This document shows, one piece after another, positions 1 to 9,692 of a DNA stretch of 64,000 nucleotides. Position 1 is the stretch's first letter; every line of letters starts with the position of its first letter. Below the pieces are notes generated by a model. It saw only the letters and a list, made by a program, of their open reading frames with translations, made no database searches and had not been told where the DNA came from. The position numbers were made by a program, and so were the translations under genes. This stretch comes from Armatimonadota bacterium. GTDB taxonomy: Bacteria > Armatimonadota > SYMT01. The stretch covers positions 96,001-160,000 of the forward strand of contig JAWLHY010000005.1 of NCBI GenBank assembly GCA_041690135.1, in the 5' to 3' direction.

Positions 1-2
1 CA

Positions 3-1415
3 TTCGGCCGGGAGTACCTGAAGTGGAGCGACCTGGGCGATACCGCGGCGGCCTTGCTGGGTGACCGGCAAAGCCGCCTGGAATTGGCATTGGGGGATCT
101 GGCGGCGCGGCTCGAGCAGATCGCGGAGATCCCCGCTGGTTTGGGAAAGACCCTCGCGGTGACGGAGTTGCTCCGCGACCTGGGAGCGGCCGAGGCCCGC
201 TACGTGGCGAAGATTCTCACCACCGAGCTCCGGATCGGATTAAAAGAAGGCCTGGTCGAGGAGGCGGTGGCGAAGGCGTTCGGGGTCAAACCGGCCGAGG
301 TCCGGAAAGCCCACCAGTTGGTGGGCGACCTGGGTAAGGTGGCGGTGGCCGCCCGGCATGGCCGGCTGGAAGCGCTCAGCGTCACCCTATTTGTGCCCGT
401 GAGGCCGATGTTGGCGACCGCGGAGAGCTCGCCGGAGACGATTGTCCAGCGGATCGGTCCGGAACTGTGGGTTGAAGATAAGTTCGACGGAATCCGCGCG
501 CAGGCCCATCGCTCGGACGAACGAGTCGTGCTCTTCTCGCGGGACCTCAAGGATGTCTCCGCGCAGTTTCCCGAAGTCGTGGCTGCGCTCTCTGCTCTTC
601 CCGGCACCTTGATACTGGACGGGGAACTGCTCGCTCATCGGAGTGGGAGTGCCCGTCCCTTTTTCGAACTGCAGCGGCGTCTTGGACGGAAGGAGCTCAC
701 CGAAAAGGTCCTGGCGAGCATTCCCGTCGGTTTCTTCATGTTCGACCTCCTTTACCAGGACGGTGAATCGCTTCTCGAAACGCCCTTCCGGGAACGCCGA
801 GCCCGCCTGGAGATGCTCCCACGCCCGCCTGGCCTCTACCTTTCTCCTCTGCGGATTCGCACGGCTGCGGAACTGGAAGGGGAGTTTGCGCTGGCCAAGT
901 CCCGCGCAAACGAAGGCCTCATGATCAAGCAGCCCGAGAGCGTGTATACGCCCGGCAGGCGTGGGATGAGCTGGCTGAAATACAAGAAGCCGCTCGAACC
1001 GCTCGATGTGGTGGTCACGGGCGTGGAGTACGGGCACGGGCGGCGGCGGGAAGTGCTGTCGGACTACACCTTTGCGGTGCGGAACGAGGAAACCGGCGAG
1101 CTGGTGAATATCGGAAAGGCCTACTCGGGATTGACGGACCAGGAGATTCAGGAGCTCACCGAGTACTTCCACGCCAACACCCTCCAGAGCTTCGGGCGCT
1201 TCCAGCAGGTCCGGCCGGAGTTGGTGATCGAAGTGGCGTTCGAGGCAATTCAGAAGAGCTCGCGGCACAAGAGCGGCTTTGCCCTGCGGTTTCCCCGGAT
1301 TGTCCGCGTGCGGACGGATAAGACTCCCGCCGACATCAACACCCTTTCGGACGTGCAGCGCCAGTTCGAACAGTACCGCGCGGTGTACGGCGAAGATAAA
1401 GAGGAGCAGGGATAA
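3..1415 (+). CDS. lig: ATP-dependent DNA ligase (5'-truncated by window edge)
   Basis: Adenylation motif EDKFDGIRAQ, ILDGEL, FDLLY, EGLMIK, WLKYK and OB-fold SGFALRFPRIVRVRTDK. The frame is open to the window start (..DLGDTAA..). Confidence 0.93.
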   Translation, partial: FGREYLKWSDLGDTAAALLGDRQSRLELALGDLAARLEQIAEIPAGLGKTLAVTELLRDLGAAEARYVAKILTTELRIGLKEGLVEEAVAKAFGVKPAEVRKAHQLVGDLGKVAVAARHGRLEALSVTLFVPVRPMLATAESSPETIVQRIGPELWVEDKFDGIRAQAHRSDERVVLFSRDLKDVSAQFPEVVAALSALPGTLILDGELLAHRSGSARPFFELQRRLGRKELTEKVLASIPVGFFMFDLLYQDGESLLETPFRERRARLEMLPRPPGLYLSPLRIRTAAELEGEFALAKSRANEGLMIKQPESVYTPGRRGMSWLKYKKPLEPLDVVVTGVEYGHGRRREVLSDYTFAVRNEETGELVNIGKAYSGLTDQEIQELTEYFHANTLQSFGRFQQVRPELVIEVAFEAIQKSSRHKSGFALRFPRIVRVRTDKTPADINTLSDVQRQFEQYRAVYGEDKEEQG

Positions 1416-1482
1416 GGAAAAAGTGAGGTGGTGGAGGTAGGGCCTGGAGATAGCGGGGAACCAGGTCGGGAAGCCAGGAGAA

Positions 1483-1510
1483 AGGGCGCCGACTGTTTCG
1501 CCGGCGCCCT
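1483..1510 (-). terminator. Hairpin/intrinsic terminator between convergent genes
   Basis: AGGGCGCCG-N10-CGGCGCCCT inverted repeat with a short T-run on the minus strand. Confidence 0.6.
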
Positions 1511-1541
1511 ATGTTGACTCGAGTGAAAGCCGATCCCGGCG

Positions 1542-2852
1542 CTAGAACAACTCGTGAACGGGAGAACCGCCGTCGGCGACGCGGATAGGCCGGCCGTCCG
1601 GGGTTTGGTACATCAGGTCGGTGTTGATGTCGAGCGCCTTGTAGAGAGTGGCCGCGACGTCTTCCACGGAGATCGGACGGACCTTCGGGTACTCGGCGAT
1701 GGCGTCCGTCTCACCCACCACGAGACCGGTCTTGATGGGACCGCCACCCAGGGTCGCGAAAGATGCGGGTCCCCAGTGGTCCCGGCCCGCGGAGCTGTTC
1801 ACCTTGGGAGTTCGGCCGAATTCGCCCATGCAGACGACCAGCGTATTGGCGAGAAGACCGCGGTCGGACAGGTCTTGAAGCAGCGCGGCGTAGCCCTGAT
1901 CCAACTCCGGCAGGCGGGTCTTGCCGAGGGTGACGAAATTCTGGGTGTGCGTATCCCAGCCACCCTTCTGGATGTGTACGAAGCGGGTTCCGGCTTCGAT
2001 CAGGCGACGCGCCAGCAGACATCCCTGGCCGAAGGAGTTGCGCCCGTAGGTGTCTCGCAGCTTGTCGTCTTCGCCCGAAAGGTCGAAAGCCTTCTTCGCC
2101 ACGGGTGAGGTGACCAGGTCGAAAGCGCGGGTGTAAAACTCGTCCACGGTCTGCACGCTGCGCTGGGCGAGCTCGGCCTGGCGCTGGAAGCGATCGATGG
2201 CATCCAGCACTCCCCGCCGGCGGGTAACGCGGTCCATATTGACGCCACCGGGCGGGGTGACGTCCTGCACGCTGAAGCCCTTGGCGTTGGGATCGCCGCC
2301 CACGTTGAACGGGTTGTAGACGGCACCCATGTAGCCGCCGCCGGTGTACTGGCCCACTCCACCGACGATGGCATAGGGCGGCATGCCGTTCCGGAACCCC
2401 TTCTCCCGGGCGCACACCGCACCCATGCTGGGGAACGTCAGGGACGGGTTGAACTTGTAGCCGGTGAGGAAGTAGTGGTTGCCGGTGCCGTGGCTACTGT
2501 CGGGGGAAGTGACCCGCAGGATGGAGTACTTGTCCTGCTGCTTGGCGAGGTTCGGCAGTTTGTCGCTAATCCGGATCCCCTTGACACAAGTCTCGATTGC
2601 CCCGAACTCGCCGCGGATCTCCTGCGGCGCCTCCGGTTTCGGATCGAACATGTCGATGTGGCTGGGGCCGCCGTCGAGCCAGATGAGGATGACGTTGACA
2701 TCCTTGGAGCCGCCGCTTGCCGCGGCCTGTGCCTCGGCATTCAGCAATCCCGGCAAGGATAGGCCGAACGCCCCGAGTGCACCGACTTTGAGGACATCCC
2801 GGCGTGTCATTCCCGCGCAGTTGCGGCTGGCGCCCATCCGGATATCAAACAT
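1542..2852 (-). CDS. DUF1501 domain-containing protein, Tat-type signal
   Basis: TRRDVLKVG twin-Arg motif, GGPSHIDMFDPKP, FGQGCLLARRLIEAG, WDTH, GEFGRTP, GRDHW. Confidence 0.9.
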   Translation of the reverse strand: MFDIRMGASRNCAGMTRRDVLKVGALGAFGLSLPGLLNAEAQAAASGGSKDVNVILIWLDGGPSHIDMFDPKPEAPQEIRGEFGAIETCVKGIRISDKLPNLAKQQDKYSILRVTSPDSSHGTGNHYFLTGYKFNPSLTFPSMGAVCAREKGFRNGMPPYAIVGGVGQYTGGGYMGAVYNPFNVGGDPNAKGFSVQDVTPPGGVNMDRVTRRRGVLDAIDRFQRQAELAQRSVQTVDEFYTRAFDLVTSPVAKKAFDLSGEDDKLRDTYGRNSFGQGCLLARRLIEAGTRFVHIQKGGWDTHTQNFVTLGKTRLPELDQGYAALLQDLSDRGLLANTLVVCMGEFGRTPKVNSSAGRDHWGPASFATLGGGPIKTGLVVGETDAIAEYPKVRPISVEDVAATLYKALDINTDLMYQTPDGRPIRVADGGSPVHELF

Positions 2853-3072
2853 GGCCCCTATCCCTTCCCTGCTGGCGACTCGAGGGTCAGATCACGTGCA
2901 AACCCGTTCTGATCAGACAGCCAGGCAAGGGGGGAGTTGCGGGGAAATGCGGGCCTAACAAATCCCAATACAGAGAAACTCGCGGCGTCCGAACTCCCCG
3001 GTGCAGCGGATACAATTCCCGGTGGGAAGTCGCCAATCAACGAACCAGGTGCCCACGCTACACGGACAGGGA

Positions 3073-3810
3073 ATGGACAGGGAGAGGACAGCGTTGCAGA
3101 CGGAGTCGAAACGGGACCGGGTACGCGAAATGTTCGGGCGGGTGGCCCGGCGGTACGACTGGCTGAACAGCGTCCTCAGCATGGGGCTGCACCATTATTG
3201 GCGCCGGTTCGCCGTGCGGGAGTGTGAGTTTCCCGCGGGCGGGCGCGCGCTGGACGTGGCGGTGGGGACCGGCGACTTTGCCGTGGAGACGATCCAGCCG
3301 GGAGGAACGGCCGTTGGCGTGGACATCTGCGAGCCGATGCTGCAGGAAGGATTGGTGAAGCTGGACCGGCTTGGTCTGGGCGGCCGCATTCGCCTGATTG
3401 CCGGGGAGGCGGAAGCGCTTCCCGTGCCCTCCAACCATTTCGACAGCGCCACCATCGGGTTCGGGCTGCGGAATGTGACCAGCATCGACGACACCTTTGC
3501 CGAGATGGCCCGGGCAGTGCGGCCGGGCGGCAAGGTGGTGGCGCTGGAGATCGCCAAGCCGAGTAATCCGGTGCTGCGTCCCTTCTTCCTCTTCTACTTC
3601 TATAATCTCTCCCCGTGGGTGGCGCGAATGCTGGGCGGCGATCCCCAGGCGTACCAATACCTGCCGAATTCCCTCAAGACCTTCAAATCGCGCGCCGAAC
3701 TCTGCGAGTCGATGCGCCGGGCGGGGCTCGTGGAAGTGCACTATCACGACCTCACGGGCGGGATGGTTTGCGTCCACGTCGGGACAAAACCCAAACCTCC
3801 CGTATCATGA
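3073..3810 (+). CDS. ubiE: Demethylmenaquinone/ubiquinone methyltransferase UbiE/MenG (start may be TTG at 3094)
   Basis: MFGRVARRYDWLNSVLSMGLHHYWR, LDVAVGTGD, IGFGLRNV, AYQYLPNS. Confidence 0.9.
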   Translation: MDRERTALQTESKRDRVREMFGRVARRYDWLNSVLSMGLHHYWRRFAVRECEFPAGGRALDVAVGTGDFAVETIQPGGTAVGVDICEPMLQEGLVKLDRLGLGGRIRLIAGEAEALPVPSNHFDSATIGFGLRNVTSIDDTFAEMARAVRPGGKVVALEIAKPSNPVLRPFFLFYFYNLSPWVARMLGGDPQAYQYLPNSLKTFKSRAELCESMRRAGLVEVHYHDLTGGMVCVHVGTKPKPPVS

Positions 3811-3816
3811 AGGGAT

Positions 3817-4428
3817 ATGGGCATCTTTGACCTGACCCGTCCCATCGCCCCGGCGATGCCGGTCTATCCGGGCGACCCGCAGGTGGAGTTCCAGCAGGTC
3901 GCTCACCACAGTACCGACGGTTTTTGCGTCCATCGCGTGGTCCTGGGTACCCACGCAGGCACCCATCTGGATGCTCCGGCGCACTTTATGGAAACGGGTG
4001 CCGGAGTGGATGCGCTCCCCTTGGGAGCACTCGTCGGCCCGGCCAGGGTTATCCAGCTTCCTTTCGAGCCGATGTGGGTAGAACCCGGTGAGCGGGTGCT
4101 CGTGGCCTCGGGGTGGAGCGATTATTGGGAGATGCCCGGCTACTTTGATGCGTTCCCGGGTCTTCCCCAGGCACTGGTCGAGGCCCTGGTCGCCGCGCCG
4201 GCTGCCCTGGTGGGCCTGGAGACCCCGTCGCTCCATCCGGACCATGATCTCGACGCGCGGTTCCATCACCAGCTTCTGGAAGCGGGCGTGGTAATCGTCG
4301 AGAACCTTGTCGGGTTGGCCCGACTGCCTGCGCGCGTGCACCTGACCGCGTTGCCTTTACCGCTCCGGGGCCTGGACGGAGCGCCGTGTCGGGTGGTCGC
4401 GACCGAGATGAAAGACGGAATGAGATGA
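3817..4428 (+). CDS. Cyclase family protein / kynurenine formamidase (KynB-like)
   Basis: HAGTHLDAPAHF (HxGTHxDxPxH), VYPGDP, IVENL, DGAPCRVVA. Confidence 0.82.
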   Translation: MGIFDLTRPIAPAMPVYPGDPQVEFQQVAHHSTDGFCVHRVVLGTHAGTHLDAPAHFMETGAGVDALPLGALVGPARVIQLPFEPMWVEPGERVLVASGWSDYWEMPGYFDAFPGLPQALVEALVAAPAALVGLETPSLHPDHDLDARFHHQLLEAGVVIVENLVGLARLPARVHLTALPLPLRGLDGAPCRVVATEMKDGMR

Positions 4429-7259
4429 GAAGACGGATTTCGGGCGGTCTGGTGCTGGCGGTCGTGATCGGAGCGATCGTGCTCCTGGGGCCGGTGCTGC
4501 TGGGATTTTACGTGGACTGGCTCTGGTTCGGTGAGGTCGCCCAGCGCCCGGTGTTTTGGAAGTTGTGGCTCTCGCGCCTCGGGTTGGGGTTGGTGTTCGG
4601 ACTGGCGGTAGCCGGCCTGACTTATCTGAACCTGTGGATCGCGCGGCGATCGGCGCCGCTGGTGCTGCCGGGCCGGCAGTCGGATTGGCAGCGGACCGTC
4701 GGGCGCGTGGCCCGGGAGGGTCTCGCAGCGGGCCTCGTGGTGGGTTCCCTGGCGCTGGGAGTGCTGGGCGGCATCGCGGCCGCCTCCCGCTGGGATGATT
4801 GGATCCGGTTCAGCAACGCCCAGGCCTTCCCGACGCAGGACCCGATCTTTGGCGCCAACGTCGGCTTCTACATTTTCCGCTATCCGTTTTTGGAGTTCCT
4901 CTCGAGCTGGCTCTTTGCCATCCTCATCCTGATCGCCCTCGGGACAGCGGTTGTGTACTATGCGGAGGGCGCCGTGACGGCAATGGATGGCGAGATTCGG
5001 GTCGCCACGCCGGTTCGCGTCCACCTCTCCGTGCTGCTGGGCCTGGCGATGCTCGCCAAGGCATGGGACTACTGGCTGGACCGCTACGGACTGCTGATGC
5101 AGCCGGGCGGGGTCGTGACCTTTGGCGCAGGTTATGCGGACATTCACGCCCGTCTTCCCGCCCTCAACATCCTGATGGTCGTGGCCGTCATCGCGGCCCT
5201 GGGCTTCTTCTTCAATGCCCGGATGCGCGCGCTGTGGCTGCCGGTGGCGGCGGTCGGCCTCATGGCCGTGGCCAGTCTTACGGTGGGTGGCCTCTATCCC
5301 GGTCTCATCCAGAGCTTCGTGGTCAAGCCGAACGAGCAGGCCCGGGAGCGACCCTTCATCGAGCACCATCTCAACCTTACCCGGAGCGCTTACGGGCTGG
5401 ACGGCGCGCAGACGGTGAACTACAACACCGGAAAGGCGCTCACCGCGGCCGACCTGACCCGGGAGAGCGGGACGCTGGAGAACGTGCGCCTGTGGGACTA
5501 CCGCATCCTCTCACAGACCTACCACGGACTGCAGCGCCTCCGCGATTATTACCACGTCCGGAACGTGGACATCGACCGGTACCGGATCAACGGCCGGTAT
5601 CGGCAGGTGATGCTGGCGCCACGAGAGCTTGTGACGGATCGTCTGGACCCGGCGCAGCGGCGGTGGATCAACGAGAAGCTCCAGTACACGCATGGCTACG
5701 GGCTCATTATGAGCGGCGTGAGTGGTGCGGACGGAGCGGGGCGCCCGAACTGGTTGATCCGGGATCTCCCCCTTTCCACCGTTCCTGGACTGGAAGTGCA
5801 GCGCCCGCAGCTCTACTACGGGATGGAAACCGTGGAGCCGGTGGTGGCGCCATCCGGAGTGACCGAGATCGATTACCTGGCGGACGGGGAAACCCAGACC
5901 TCCCAATATGGGGGGGCCGGAGGCATCCCAATCGGCTCCGCAGTGCAGCAGGTCCTTTTCAGCCTGTACCTGGGCGATTGGAACCTCACGATCAGCGACC
6001 AGGTTCGGCCCAATAGTCGCATCCTGATCCGCCGCAACATCATGGAACGGCTGGGATCGCTTGCGCCGTTCTTGCGGTACGACACGGACCCCTACCTGGT
6101 GCTCGAGTCCGGGCGCCTGGTGTGGGTGGTCGACGCTTACACCACGGCGGCAACGCATCCTTACAGTGCTCCCCTTTCCACGGCGGAGGCTTCGGGCGAC
6201 CTGGGCCGCGCTTCGCGATTCAGCGGCGGTCAGGACCTCAATTACCTGCGGAACTCCGTGAAGGCGACGGTGGATGCCTACACCGGGGAAATCACCCTCT
6301 ACGCGGTGGACGAGAACGAACCGGTCCTGGCGTGCTACCGGCGGGTTTTCCCTTCGTTGTTCCGGCCGGGGTCCGAGGCACCGCAGTCCCTGCGGGAGCA
6401 TTTCCGCTACCCGGAGGGGCTCTTCTCCGCCCAGGCCCGGATCATGACCCGGTTCCACGTGACGAACCCGGATGTGTTCTACGCCCAATCCGACGTGTGG
6501 GAGATTCCCCGCGAGCAACTGCAGACCGATGCCAGTGCCGTGACTGGAGAGTCCGAGCGGATGGAGCCGTATTACGTGATGATGCGGTTGCCCGGGGAAA
6601 CCCAGGAAGAGTTCGTGCTGATACTGCCGTTCAAGACCAAGCGCGGAACCACCATGTCGGGATGGATGGTGGCGCGTTGCGACCCCGCGCAGTACGGCGA
6701 GTTGCGCCTCTACCAGTTCCCCACCAACAGCCAGGTAGACGCGCCGGAGCAGGTAGATAACACGATCCAGGCGGACCCGGTGATTTCCCCGCAGGTCAAC
6801 TTGCTGGACCAGCGGGGCTCCACGGTGCGGTTCGGCAACCTGCTGGTGTTGCCGGTGGGCAGCAGCCTGCTCTACGTGAAGCCGCTCTACCTGGAAGCGG
6901 CGGCCCGAGGCGGCCAGGGAAGCCAGAACGTGATCCCGCAGTTGGAGCAGGTGATCGTGGCGGAGCACCGTGGCGACGGTTTGAGCGTGGTGATGCGGCC
7001 CACCCTGCGGGAAGCCCTCAACGCTTTGGTCGCGGGAGGTGCTCCGGTGACTGGTGGAGAACCGACCGAGACGGAGCCACCCACGGAAACCCCTCCCAGC
7101 CCCGAGGCGCCGGCGGGCGGTAGCGCGGCCCGGGAAGCGCAAACGGCGCTCGATGCCGCGGAACGGGCACAGCGCGCGGGCGATTGGGCGGAATATGGGC
7201 GGCAACTCCAGCGACTGCGGGCTGCGCTCCGCCGGTTGAACGCCGCGGCGCCCCAATAG
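4425..7259 (+). CDS. UPF0182 family membrane protein
   Basis: DWLWF, DPIFGANVGFYIF, VKPNE, NVRLWD, YTHGYG, NYLRNSVKATVDAYTG, EHFRYPE, AGDWAEYG; ATGA overlap with the upstream gene. Confidence 0.92.
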   Translation: MRRRISGGLVLAVVIGAIVLLGPVLLGFYVDWLWFGEVAQRPVFWKLWLSRLGLGLVFGLAVAGLTYLNLWIARRSAPLVLPGRQSDWQRTVGRVAREGLAAGLVVGSLALGVLGGIAAASRWDDWIRFSNAQAFPTQDPIFGANVGFYIFRYPFLEFLSSWLFAILILIALGTAVVYYAEGAVTAMDGEIRVATPVRVHLSVLLGLAMLAKAWDYWLDRYGLLMQPGGVVTFGAGYADIHARLPALNILMVVAVIAALGFFFNARMRALWLPVAAVGLMAVASLTVGGLYPGLIQSFVVKPNEQARERPFIEHHLNLTRSAYGLDGAQTVNYNTGKALTAADLTRESGTLENVRLWDYRILSQTYHGLQRLRDYYHVRNVDIDRYRINGRYRQVMLAPRELVTDRLDPAQRRWINEKLQYTHGYGLIMSGVSGADGAGRPNWLIRDLPLSTVPGLEVQRPQLYYGMETVEPVVAPSGVTEIDYLADGETQTSQYGGAGGIPIGSAVQQVLFSLYLGDWNLTISDQVRPNSRILIRRNIMERLGSLAPFLRYDTDPYLVLESGRLVWVVDAYTTAATHPYSAPLSTAEASGDLGRASRFSGGQDLNYLRNSVKATVDAYTGEITLYAVDENEPVLACYRRVFPSLFRPGSEAPQSLREHFRYPEGLFSAQARIMTRFHVTNPDVFYAQSDVWEIPREQLQTDASAVTGESERMEPYYVMMRLPGETQEEFVLILPFKTKRGTTMSGWMVARCDPAQYGELRLYQFPTNSQVDAPEQVDNTIQADPVISPQVNLLDQRGSTVRFGNLLVLPVGSSLLYVKPLYLEAAARGGQGSQNVIPQLEQVIVAEHRGDGLSVVMRPTLREALNALVAGGAPVTGGEPTETEPPTETPPSPEAPAGGSAAREAQTALDAAERAQRAGDWAEYGRQLQRLRAALRRLNAAAPQ

Positions 7260-7341
7260 GGCTCGAATGTGAATACGGCGGGCATACCCAGGGCGTGGAG
7301 ACCCGGGATTTGCCCGCACGCACGTATCCTTGGTGCGGGCT

Positions 7342-7493
7342 CGGAGTCCCGTCTTCAGACGGTGGTTTGCGATACAGGAGACGGGTGCCCGTTGCAGAGT
7401 CGCTGGTACCGGCTGTGAACAGGGAGTTTGCGCCCGGTGCTGACGGGACCCGTCAGCAGTATCGCGAGTGAACCGTCTGAGGACGGGACTCCG
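7342..7493. repeat. REPIN/MITE-like palindromic element
   Basis: 22-bp inverted repeat CGGAGTCCCGTCTTCAGACGGT (7342-7363) / ACCGTCTGAGGACGGGACTCCG (7472-7493) with 1 mismatch, plus internal hairpins. Confidence 0.6.
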
Positions 7494-7618
7494 TAAGCGG
7501 TCATCTCCTGGGTGCGGTTTGGCGGCATGGGGTCCAGTCGGTGGGTCGGTTTACTGGGACGGCTTCGTCAATGGTGGATTGCCGCTGCCTGCAATGAGTA
7601 GGTGTGAGGATAAGAAGA

Positions 7619-8857
7619 ATGCGGTCGCGGGCCTGGTGGGTCATGCTGGGGGCACTTGCCTTGCTTGCGGCAGGAGCGTCTTCCGGCGCGGGAGAAAAGC
7701 CGGTGCTCAAGGTTGGGGCGGCGGCGGTGAAGATCACGCCCTCACTGACCCGCACCGTGTACATCGCGGGTTACAACAACAATCGGCCCGCGGAATCCGT
7801 CCACGACGACCTCTGGGCGCGGGCGCTGGTGTTGGACGATGGCCGGACCCGAATGGCGATGGTGGTTTGCGACCTCGTTGGACTCTCCAATTACCGTGTA
7901 CGGGAGATTCGGAAGCAGATCCGGGCGGTTCCGGCGGATCAGGTCCTGATCGCGACCACCCACGTCCACTCCGGTCCCGATACGCTGGGGCTCTGGGGGC
8001 CCAACAACTTCACCAGCGGGATCGATCCGCTCTACCAATCCCGGCTGGCCGACAAGATCGCCGCCGTGGTGGAGACGGCGGCCCGCGAGGCGCGGCCTGT
8101 CCGGGTGTCCGCGGGAAATGTCGAAGTGCCGGACGGGCTGGTCTACAACAGCCGGGAGGCCATTCAGGACAAGACTCTGACGGCGCTCCGCTTCACCGAT
8201 GAGGCCGGACAGACGGTAGCCACGACGGTTCACTACGGAGGCCATCCGGAGGTCAACAAGAGCAACGCCCTCACCTCCGATTTCGTTCATTACGTGCGGG
8301 AAGCGGTGGAGCGACGTTATGGTGGCGTGTCCCTCTTCCTGAACGGAGCGCTTGGGGGGATGGTCACCCCCAAGGTGAAGGATCATAGTCTGGAGGAGAT
8401 GGAGCGGGTGGGCGTGGGAGTGGGCGCCGCCGCCGTGGCCGCGCTGGAGCAGGCCCGGCCGGTGGAAACAGACGGCCTGAAGTTGGAGCGCCGCACAGTG
8501 AAGTTGCCCCTGGAAAACCTCCAGTTCCAGGTGGCGGCGGGAGCGCGTATTCTCGATTCCGGTCCCCTCACCGGACGGGAACTGCAAAGCGAGGTCTGGC
8601 GGATCGACCTGGGACCCATCTCCTGGATCACGATTCCCGGCGAGGTGCTGCCCCGCCCCGCCCTGGCCCTCAAGGAAAAGGTGCCGGGCAAGTATCGGAT
8701 GGTCCTTTCCATGGCCAACGATGAAATCGGGTATATCCTCGACCCGGCGGACTTCGAGCGCGGCCTTTACAAGTACGAGAAGAGCATGTCGATCGGGCCG
8801 AAGACCTGGCCGCTGCTCTGGGAAGTCGCGACCGGACTGCTGGAGAGCAAAGAATGA
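7619..8857 (+). CDS. Secreted neutral/alkaline ceramidase N-terminal domain-like protein
   Basis: Signal peptide; LKVGAAAVKITP, VHDDLWARALVL, THVHSGPD, GHPE, IPGE, ANDEIGYI. Confidence 0.75.
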   Translation: MRSRAWWVMLGALALLAAGASSGAGEKPVLKVGAAAVKITPSLTRTVYIAGYNNNRPAESVHDDLWARALVLDDGRTRMAMVVCDLVGLSNYRVREIRKQIRAVPADQVLIATTHVHSGPDTLGLWGPNNFTSGIDPLYQSRLADKIAAVVETAAREARPVRVSAGNVEVPDGLVYNSREAIQDKTLTALRFTDEAGQTVATTVHYGGHPEVNKSNALTSDFVHYVREAVERRYGGVSLFLNGALGGMVTPKVKDHSLEEMERVGVGVGAAAVAALEQARPVETDGLKLERRTVKLPLENLQFQVAAGARILDSGPLTGRELQSEVWRIDLGPISWITIPGEVLPRPALALKEKVPGKYRMVLSMANDEIGYILDPADFERGLYKYEKSMSIGPKTWPLLWEVATGLLESKE

Positions 8858-8864
8858 GGGCGGG

Positions 8865-9692
8865 ATGAACGGACTGGCGCAGCGACTACAGTTCCGGCTG
8901 GTGGGGGGAGCGGTTTCGGCCCTGGTCGCCCTGGGGGTGACTTCCGGGTGTGGCAAGACCCAGGCCAAGGCCCCGGAGAAGAAACCGGCCGGCAAGAAGG
9001 CCGAAAAGCCAGTGGGTGAGTTCCGCCTGGATGAGGCGGAGGTGCCGTTGGATATCGCGATCGTCCGGCCGTCGCGATTCTACGTCCAGTTCGCTGACGC
9101 CTTCATTCTCTGGCACTTCGATCAGCGTTGGAAGAAGATCTCGCCTCCCGTGGAGTTCTTGATCAAGGGAAACAAGAACAGGGTGGATACCGAGTTCACG
9201 AAGGTAAAAGGACACACGGTCGGGGTGCAGCGGACCGGCGACAAGCCCTGGGACCTCATCGGCTGGGGCCTGCATGGCGCCCTGTACCACAACGACGACG
9301 TCGGTTGCCAGGTCTACACCGACCCTAAGGGCCGGGCGCGCCTCATCATGCTGTTGAGCCGCACCTATGGCTGCGACACGATGATCCTGTCTTCCGTGAG
9401 CAGCCACCCGGGCGAAGAGTTGAAGCAGAACCTGGCCCAGGTCCGCACGGGATCCGGGATCGGCCTGGGAGATTCCCGGCAAAAGATCGAACGGACGCTG
9501 GGTAAGCCTTCGGTCGTCTATCCCTTCCGAGATTCGCAGGTACTGTGGTACCTGGGTAAGCCGGAAGCGATCGCGGGAATCGAGCAATTGGACCAGGAGA
9601 ACCACCAGGGGTACGCCTCTGCCTACCTGTTGAAGCAGAACGAGGTGGTGGAGATCCTGCTGCACTTCTGGTCGGATGAGACGGCCGCGTGA
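8865..9692 (+). CDS. Hypothetical lipoprotein
   Basis: Hydrophobic leader with lipobox VTSG-C; GTGA overlap with lipB. Confidence 0.6.
   Translation: MNGLAQRLQFRLVGGAVSALVALGVTSGCGKTQAKAPEKKPAGKKAEKPVGEFRLDEAEVPLDIAIVRPSRFYVQFADAFILWHFDQRWKKISPPVEFLIKGNKNRVDTEFTKVKGHTVGVQRTGDKPWDLIGWGLHGALYHNDDVGCQVYTDPKGRARLIMLLSRTYGCDTMILSSVSSHPGEELKQNLAQVRTGSGIGLGDSRQKIERTLGKPSVVYPFRDSQVLWYLGKPEAIAGIEQLDQENHQGYASAYLLKQNEVVEILLHFWSDETAA

Noticed and set aside
3-1415. NHEJ (LigD/Ku) system
   Set aside because: Ligase core and OB domain only in view; no Ku or polymerase domain in the window.
5511-7319. Long antisense ORF (602 aa); similar ORFs at 11476-12804, 14924-16189, 33142-34686, 57006-58496 and 58815-60185
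   Set aside because: Shadow ORFs opposite well-supported genes, expected in high-GC DNA; no recognisable motifs.
7390-7500. c-di-AMP (ydaO) riboswitch or T-box
   Set aside because: ACCCGTCAGC and ACTCCGTAAGC are not adjacent and the other conserved motifs are missing; no T-box GGTGG.ACCGCG; better explained by the inverted-repeat element.
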